The translations under genes were made by a program, and so were the position numbers. From Eledone cirrhosa (Eukaryota), in contig OZ024747.1 of NCBI GenBank assembly GCA_964016885.1, positions 44,082,001 through 44,146,000 on the forward strand: DNA of 64,000 bases, written 5' to 3'. The notes beneath the pieces are model-generated. The model saw nothing but the letters and a program-made list of their open reading frames with translations. It made no database searches and had not been told where the DNA came from. The first letter of the stretch is position 1; the number at the start of each line of letters is the position of its first letter. Positions 55,613-64,000 of this stretch are shown one piece after another.

Positions 55613-56462
55613 TGTTTCGGCACACGATTTCATATCAAAAACCTCGCAAAACTAATTTATCGCCGTTATAGAAAAATATATGGAAAAATAAATAGATAGA
55701 AAAATAGATAGATAGAAAAATAAATCAATAAATAGATAAATAGACAAATAGATAGATAAATGGATAGATGGTTATATCGTGCTATAGATAATTGTTTTAA
55801 TGAGTTATGGGGGATATTGATTTATATTTAATGTAAGTAATTAAGTTAACTGAGTTAATAAGAATATTTATATTTATATATTTTAAATTGGGAAGATTCG
55901 GAAAAAACTCCAGTTTTGTTTATTTATTCGCTAGTATGAGACTATTTTGTCAAAATAAGTATAAATGTTAAAGATATAAATGTTGAAAGATATATTTAGC
56001 CTGGATTAGTTACTGGTTATAAATCTAATAAAAGATATTAAAAAATTTTATTAAAAAATATTAAAAATTCGGGAAAATTTTTTTTAAATGTATTCCCCCA
56101 TATTAACGTTACATGAGTTCTATTCATCCTCTTGTTAATTTCTTCTCTCTATCTCGAAATATTAATATTTTTTCTCTCTCTCTGTCTTCTCTCTCTTTCT
56201 CCAGTGTCATTTAAATAAACGGTTGTTTTTCAATTATTTACATATTCATTTGCATATTCACACATAAGTTTGAATATTTCCACTATCCAGTGAATTTCCA
56301 ACCGATAAGGTATGATTTTCACGGGAACGTCTCTATTTATAAAACAAACTTTGTATTTTATCTGATGAAAGCGTATCAATGATGTCTTGGTTGTCCTTGA
56401 AATATATATAATAAAATATATATGGTTTTATAAATATAGTTTCCATTTATTTAATATCATTG

Positions 56463-56495
<33 letters not shown>

Positions 56496-57005
56496 CTGCG
56501 TGTGTGTGCGATATGTATTTCCGTAGAAAAGGTAAAAAAAGAGTGCTCTATGTATAGTACAGAGCTATATAATTATATAATAAACAACACAATATAATTA
56601 TTCGATTACCCAAGGTTTCACGAAATTAGAAGATTCTAACAGATACAGTTTACAACGATGGCATTAGGCAAATACTCGAGTTTCGTTTGACTTAGTACCA
56701 ACTCATTCCGTCTGCCTTTCAATTTGAGTTGATATTAGGTCTAACGAAACTGGAGTATTTGCCCAATACCATCGTCTTGAACTAGTCCCACAGCCTGAGT
56801 GCTTTAAACCCTTGGTTATTTTATACCAAGTTTATATATATATATATATATAAACATACATAAACATACCTACATATTTACATATGCATATATGCATAAG
56901 TGATTGTATAAAAATAGGGGGAAAAGTATGTGGCTTTCTAAGCGTCTAGCAATAGATTTATTCGGCAGTTTTATGCTGAGATGCATCCTTTTATTCTGAG
57001 AAATC

Positions 57006-57043
<38 letters not shown>

Positions 57044-57171
57044 ATAATAATAAATTTGAAACTAAAATCCAAAGAGGGCTCGATAAGGATAAATATATAT
57101 CAAATATATAAGAACCGTTATGGGTGAAAGCAGCGATTCTTTGCTTAAACTTTAATCAGTTATTTTAATGA

Positions 57172-57236
<65 letters not shown>

Positions 57237-57554
57237 GTTATGAAACGAAAGGAGCTGTGTGGTTACTAAAAGCAAGGTTTTTTCCCCTTCTTCCTCTCTT
57301 CTCGTCTTTTTCCTCATTTCCCTCTCTTTCCTTTTCTCTCTCCTTTTTTTCTCTCTTTCTCTCTCCTTTTCCACCTGGCCTTTTGATTAATAAAAGGCGT
57401 CGGGCGCACCCGAACTACACCGATGTCCTGTAATTCAGCGCCGAAACATCGGTTCGGGATACATTTACAGCTGACGATGGAAACTCCTTTCTTCCTTTCT
57501 CCTCCTGTTCCGCCCTAACCACCATCCTAAACCCTATATATATATATCTATCTA

Positions 57555-57622
<68 letters not shown>

Positions 57623-57625
57623 GTA

Positions 57626-57830
57626 TAACGAAGGAATTGTGGTAAGGAACCAGATGGACCATTACGCACCAGAGTGCTCAATACTTAGGGTAGTAGAATG
57701 GGTAATAGGAAAATGTATGACTCCGACGGCAGAGCTCAAGCCGTTTCGACGGCTATTTCTGGACTACAATAGTCCAGAAATAGCCGTCGAAACGGCTTGA
57801 GCTCTGCCGTCGGGGTCATACGTTTTCCTA
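57626..57830. mobile_element. Family-B fold-back element
   Basis: Fold centre near 57768. Confidence 0.8.
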
Positions 57831-58038
57831 CACACAGTATAAATATTTTCTTTTTTTTTTTCGCTAATGTTGTTTATTTCATTCTATGAACAATGCAGAC
57901 CACAATACAAGCTAACTGAGTAAGATATGGAATTTAGTTAAAAGGCTAATCGCTACACACTTTCACTTCTTTCTCCCCTACGGGTTTTCTTCGCGGGGGT
58001 TGCTTTAAGAGATATAGAATTTAACCTTTTAACTAAAT

Positions 58039-58076
<38 letters not shown>

Positions 58077-58586
58077 ATATATATGTTATTATAAGGAATC
58101 ACACTTAATATATATAACATTTAAATTGGCCTGAAACAGTCCCTGGAAATTCGGGGGGGGGGGGGGTTATATCACATTTTCTTCTTTTGTTTAGTAAAAA
58201 TCGGTTAACTCTGGAATCCATGTTTCAATTACTGTTAACCTTTCGTCAAAGTGTAGAACTACTGATTTCCTTCTGTAGCTTATAGCTTCCAGTAAACACC
58301 CTATTGAGTACATTTACTGGGTAGTTTGTGAAGGTATGCAGCTTAGTAATTACACTAGTCAGTTCATGAGTTCGATTCCCGGCTGTGCAAGATATGTTGG
58401 ACAAAGATAAGCTAACGGTTCGACAAAGATGACCGATATATACCATACATATGAATAACCTATGGTTTGATTGGCGTCAGAAAGGACATCCCGCTATACA
58501 AAATGTGTTTCAAAATGTCTCATCCAACGTATCTCAGACGTAAAAGCGGCGAAGAGTATATACATGTCACTATGGAACAAAATGAA

Positions 58587-58878
58587 GGCGCATGGCTTAG
58601 TGGTTAGAGCATTAGGCTTGCAATCGAAAGGTTGTGAGTTCAATTCTCGGACCGGGTGATGTGTTGTTTCCTTGAGCAAGACACTTTATTTCACGTTGCT
58701 CCAGTTTACTCAGCTGAAAATGAGTACCAGCAAGAGATGGAGGTTTAACCCTGCGATGGACTGGCGTCCTGTCCAGGGGGAAGTCTTGTACTCTCAGTCG
58801 CTTCGCGCCATGAAACCAGGATAAGCACCTGCCAAATGAGCCGTCTGTCTTAAGACAGACTTTAGACTTAGACTTTTT
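58587..58878 (+). mobile_element. tRNA-derived SINE of the second family (CORE-like)
   Basis: A box tggcttagtgg, B box gagttcaattc, CORE-like tccttgagcaagacact, and a (tttagac)-type tail. Confidence 0.8.
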
Positions 58879-59634
58879 TATGGAAAAAATAATGCGTAAA
58901 AACGTTGCTGATGATGTACATATACACTCAATGAAAGAAGTATAACATCTACAACACAATTTCCCTTCCAAATTTTAGTCCGTTTACATCATTTATACTG
59001 CATTTGTAAGTATCCGCCATATTAGAGTGAAAACACATTTTGTTTTTATTTATAGTTAATACAGAAATCGATTCCGCTTCTATACTTGTGTTTATTTTTA
59101 TCTATGTAAACCCAGCCGGATTTGAACGCAAATTCTAGGGATGTGAAATTACAGTAACATATGTCAACAATGAATTTGATGTGTTATTACTTTTGTTACT
59201 CCAGTGTCTTATACCACCCCTAAAGTAATGGTTTCTAAATTTGGATTGATGCCACATGTTTTGGCTGAAGACAAAAACAATTAAACCAATTCCGATATTT
59301 GATTTCTATTTGTCTTATTGGCAGTGGGGGCGGGGTGAAAGACAAAGACACCAGCTGTGGTAAGTTTTGAACTCCGAATGTGGATAAAGAAAACTCAATA
59401 TTCTAAGGCAGTATTTAGTTCGAAACTCTGTTGTTTGTATCGATTTTTAGTGGATATAGCATGGTCGAATTTTTAAGAAGTTCACTTCAAAATCATTACA
59501 TTCCGGGTTCGATCACATTGAGTGCCATCTTTGAAAGGTGTCATTTACTATAGCCTCAATTCAACCCGTGAGTGAAATTGGGTTGACAGAAACTGTTTGG
59601 AAGCCCACCAGATTGACTGTAACTGTAATTCAAA

Positions 59635-59753
59635 GGGATAGCCTCATCACAGTGCTGGATCTCTATGAATCACGTTAAAGGCTCACGATCAACGGGATAG
59701 CCTCATCACAGTGCTGGATCTCTATGAATCACGTTAAAGGCTCACGATCAACG
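59635..59753 (+). repeat. 59-bp perfect tandem duplication
   Basis: gggatagcctcatcacagtgctggatctctatgaatcacgttaaaggctcacgatcaac occurs twice. Confidence 0.9.
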
Positions 59754-59984
59754 GAGTAAGCTGCTCCATTGATCGAACAAGTGGAACAATGACCGTTGAA
59801 ACTGGTTGAGGTTCACCGACTGATCACTAATATTGATACAATGTCATTAGTGTTGAGAGCCTTGATTAAATTGATTGATGTTTATTTAATGCAGGAGCCT
59901 ATAGATGATCGATAGCTCAACCTGACAGGGATCATCTATCGTAACACCGTAATGTGTTAACTAGGGATACAACAGAATAGATAA

Positions 59985-60172
59985 TTGTTTCTACTTTTGG
60001 CACAAGGCCAGCAATTATCCAGTGCATTACTGGTACTTTATTTTATCGACCCCGTAAGGATGAAAGGCAAAGTTAACCTCGGCGGGATTTGAACTCAAAC
60101 CATAAAGGGGCGTAACTCTTTGCTGCAAAGCATAGCGTCAGACCCTCTACCGATACTGCCAATCCACCGCCC
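59985..60172 (-). mobile_element. tRNA-derived SINE with target-site duplication
   Basis: tacaacagaatagataat on both sides. Confidence 0.9.
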
Positions 60173-62135
60173 TACAACAGAATAGATAATGTAATCTTAT
60201 ATGTCACTAAAACGTTGAGATTGTCATTGCTGGAACGTCTTAGAGATTATAGTTGTGCTATATCTGAGCTGATCAAGGATTAAACAACTAATGTAAAGTT
60301 AAGGACTAAGGATCTCAGAACGTAAATATATGTATTTTGCTTGATTCCATTTCATATTTTCCTATCCCCAAAACAATCAGCATAATGGTTGTAGCATTAG
60401 CGCAGAGTCACAAATTTTGAGAGTAAGAAACTATTGATTTTATCTATCCCGTTAATGGCTAGTGATTTATTTATCGACCTTTGAAAGTTAAAAGGCATGA
60501 TCTAGATCGGTGGAATTTGAACTTAGAATGTAAAGGGACGTACATAATTATCACAAAGTATTTTGCCCAGCAAATCACGCTTCCGTTTCTATCAACCTCC
60601 CAAAAAATGATTTTAACCAACACAAACTTAAGGGTGTTAGAACTAGTTGATGATATCGATCTCCGTATTTGACTGGTGGTTTATTTTATTGGCCCCGGCA
60701 AGATGAGAATCAATGTTGAGCCTAGCGGAACGTAATTATCGCAATGCATTTAATCCAGCGCTCCAACAATGAATCATACAAGCACACGATGGTGTTACCA
60801 TTTGGTTGCTAAATCTGCACAAAGTTGCAACCAAACATCCCTCAAAATTAGACCCTACCTTCTCAAAAAAGAAAGACAAATATGATCATATACTAATAGG
60901 ACTGCTATGTCTGTGTATGGGTCTGCAGATAGAGAGCTCATCTGGGGCTGAATAACAACAACGCTTCACAGCAGCCAACTAGAGAGCCTTTACGTGTTTG
61001 CTAAACCTGCTGTCAAATGTCCCTCAAATTACGCCTTACTCTTTTAAATAAAGGATACATAGGACAATATAGGTTCCACAGCTGGAATATTTTTTCCCAT
61101 AGATCTGCTCGATCAGAGCTGAGTTGTGGCTAAGCAACCAAACCAACAGCAACAACGAGTCACAGTCACCGCATTACGTCCGTTTCTTTTGTTTGTTTTT
61201 GTTTTAATACTTGCACAAAACCCAGAGTTTATCCCGATTTCATGACACTCCTTAGATAGGACACCTATCATTCACAGAGCTCACCCCTAACTATCGCGTG
61301 TACTCATTATACCGGAATGAACTGAAACAACATAAAATGAATACAGTGTCTGGGAATCGAACCTACGACATTATAATCATGAGCCGCTCACCTTAACCCA
61401 CTACGCTACGCGCCTTAAGAAGCCAACTAAATTGAAGATAATTAAACTGTTATGTCTTAAACAAAACACAGATGATGTTTAACTTCATTGAGCGGTTGTT
61501 ATTCCATTCCATCAATTACTTGCTATTTTACGATGTGTGATCAGTTCAAACATTTTTGGCAGGGCTTTAATAGTATTGGAATTAAATTAAAGATTCTTCA
61601 TAACAACAACCGCACAAACCCTACATTCTTATAGTTTACGTGTTTTTGATAGTGGCTGGTCGATTTGGGTGGGTGTTGGTTGGTGACAGATGTCGGGGAA
61701 GAGATTCAGGTAAAACCTTCCAAATCTATTTAACTTCATTGTTTTTCAGTCTGACTTTTAATGCTCGCTTACTGAGGTAATTGGCTTAAATACATGTAAA
61801 TGTCATTCTAGAATTATAACACTTATACTATGAATCATACTACTTGCCATATAGATATTGGTGTTTGTTTCGATGTTATTGGGGTGTTTGTTGTTTTAAG
61901 ACTGTTGGCTGTTGGTGTTGACGTGCTTTCTGCCAACCTCCAGCACCCCCTCTCTCTCTCTCTCTCTCTCTCTCAATACTGCTGCTAATGCCACTATTGA
62001 TGACGTTTTACCTCGCCACTACCACCACATCCACCTCTATCACCTCATCGCTATAATTAAGGTTATTTTTGTTGTTGCTATCGTTCTTAGTAGACATCTC
62101 TGTTTTCTTTTTCGGATTAGGGGTCTCATATTATT

Positions 62136-62315
62136 GTGGATTGGCAGTATGGGTAGAGGGTCGGACGCCATGCTTTGACGCATAGAGCTACGGCCATTCT
62201 GAGTTCAAATCCCGCCGAGGTTAACTTTGCCTTTCATCCTTACAGGGTCGATAAAATAAAGTACCAGTAATGCACTGAGATAATTGCTGGCCTTGTGCCA
62301 AAAGTAGAAATAATT
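62136..62315 (+). mobile_element. tRNA-derived SINE
   Basis: Matches the SINE consensus in this window. Confidence 0.85.
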
Positions 62316-62371
62316 GTTGTACCAGGCTGTTACTACTGCTGTTATTGAGGCTATTGTCTCTACCCTCTAAA

Positions 62372-62489
<118 letters not shown>

Positions 62490-62684
62490 AAACGATTGAT
62501 AATTATTATAGAAAGCTGGTGCAATGCGATATAAAAAGCAGAGAATGACAAATAAAATAAAACAAATATTTTTCTCGCCCAATATATTTCAGGGTTAAAA
62601 CCATCTTATCAAATGCAAAACTAACAAAAATCAGTGCAAAACAAAATCGAAGGATGTGTTCTTCCTTAACTGGTTTACTGTATA

Positions 62685-62741
62685 TGTGTGTGTGTGTGAG
62701 TGTGCGTGTGTGTGAATGTGGGTGTGTGGGTGTGTGTGTGT

Positions 62742-62818
<77 letters not shown>

Positions 62819-63010
62819 CGTGTGTGTGAGTGTGTGAGTGTGTGTGTGAGTGTGCGTATGTGTGAGTGTGTGTGTGTGTATGCGTGTGTGCGTGTGTGTG
62901 AGTGTGTGTGTGTGTGTGCGTGTGCGTGTGCGTGTGTGTGAGTGTGAGTGTGTGTGTGTGTGCGTGTGTGTGTGTATGCGTGTGAGTGTGTATGTGTGAG
63001 TGTGTGTGTT
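62685..63010. repeat. Imperfect (GT)n microsatellite
   Basis: Direct reading. Confidence 0.95.
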
Positions 63011-63174
63011 TAACTGCTGTTGTTATTGCAATCGGCTATCATTGTTGTTGTTGTTATTATTATTGCAATTGGATGTCATATCTGTTGTTGCTATCGCTGG
63101 CTGTCATATTTTTGTTATTCATCTTATTGTGTTACTGCTGGTGTTTTGTTGAATGTGTCATGGCGATTATTAAA

Positions 63175-63442
63175 TGTGTTACCGGTAGAATCGTTAGAAC
63201 GTCAAACTAAATATTTTGTGGTATTTTTCCGGCTCTTTACGTTCTGAGTTCAACTTTGCCTTTCATCCTTTTGTCTTCATAAAATAAAGGACCAATCAAG
63301 TACTGGGTTCAATTTAATCGATTTTCTACTCCTATAAAATTTGGTCTAGTGCGGTATTTGATCTCAGAACGTAAAGGGCCGTAACTCTATGCCGCGAAAC
63401 ATGGTGTCCGACGTGCTACCGATACTATCAATCCGCTGCCCT
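63175..63442. mobile_element. Two diverged SINE fragments in opposite orientation
   Basis: tttgcctttcatcctt on the plus strand, and ctcagaacgtaaagggccgtaactctatgc from a minus-strand copy. Confidence 0.7.
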
Positions 63443-64000
63443 AACAACAAAAACAACAACAACAACAACATTATTAATAATAATAAAGGATGTGTTCCTA
63501 CGTGTAAAAAATACATTTATTAACCTGCCATAGAACCACATTGGCATACGGTTGGATAATACTTGTATCCCTATGTGTATTTTTTACACGGAGGAACACA
63601 TACTTTATTTTTATTAATCTCCCCTAAGGTTGCGATAAAACTTGGCCGTTTGGACTGCTGCTATTTCTAGTGGCAGGATATTGACCTGTCCACCCTGCCT
63701 TTTGTCTTTGCACACGGCACCAGACAGAATTATTTCTTTCATCATTCACTCTCATCTGGGAATGGTTTTGTATGGCGTCAGTTTGTGATTTAAACTCGGG
63801 AATTTTATATTCTCCGAGCGGGAAGAGCCTTCTGAAGATAGTTCCCTCCTCAATGGAGTTCCGCTTGGATTATCCGTTTATTTTGGAACTTGAAACCGCG
63901 GTAAAGGCACATATAGTGAGTACAGCGAATTTTTTAAAATTTATTTTTAAACTTTTTTTCTATTTGCTAGACCTGGATTTTATATTTATATATATATATA

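Larger units (their letters stand above)
47845..56463. mobile_element. Family-A fold-back element interrupted by a Helitron and a PLE remnant
   Basis: 47950-48333 is the reverse complement of 56083-56462. Joining 48338 to 54691 restores sequence homologous to the reverse complement of 6640-6755. Hammerheads lie at 47994-48058 (-) and 56354-56418 (+). Confidence 0.8.

Noticed and set aside
58587-58660. tRNA gene
   Set aside because: The A and B boxes continue into a SINE body with no cloverleaf acceptor stem, so it is a SINE head.
63772-63906. ATG-initiated open stretch followed by GTAAAG as a possible exon
   Set aside because: The donor is weak, there is no recognisable homology, and it sits at the window edge.

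Overview
This is an AT-rich eukaryotic window, either intergenic or intronic, and extremely rich in microsatellites. The SINE families and repeat landscape resemble a cephalopod (octopus-like) genome, which is an inference. No intact host protein-coding gene is evident, and most ORF-track entries are translations of (TA)n, (CA)n or (TACA)n repeats. Recognisable elements are a decayed Helitron with exact ends (48339-54690, RepHel pseudogene), a 5'-truncated R4/Dong-like non-LTR retrotransposon (about 7750-10660), Penelope-like (PLE) GIY-YIG remnants, an RTE 3' fragment, a hAT MITE and many tRNA-derived SINEs. The most notable signal is a set of short non-coding elements inserted in (TA)n tracts, usually as inverted (fold-back) pairs, many carrying type I hammerhead ribozyme motifs. 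The clearest case is an array of about 7.9 apparently identical 310-bp units at 39057-41510. Each unit has a minimal hammerhead and several hairpins, matching a non-LTR retrozyme or circRNA-generating element, probably mobilised by PLE enzymes. All RNA structure calls were made by eye and need folding or covariance-model confirmation.
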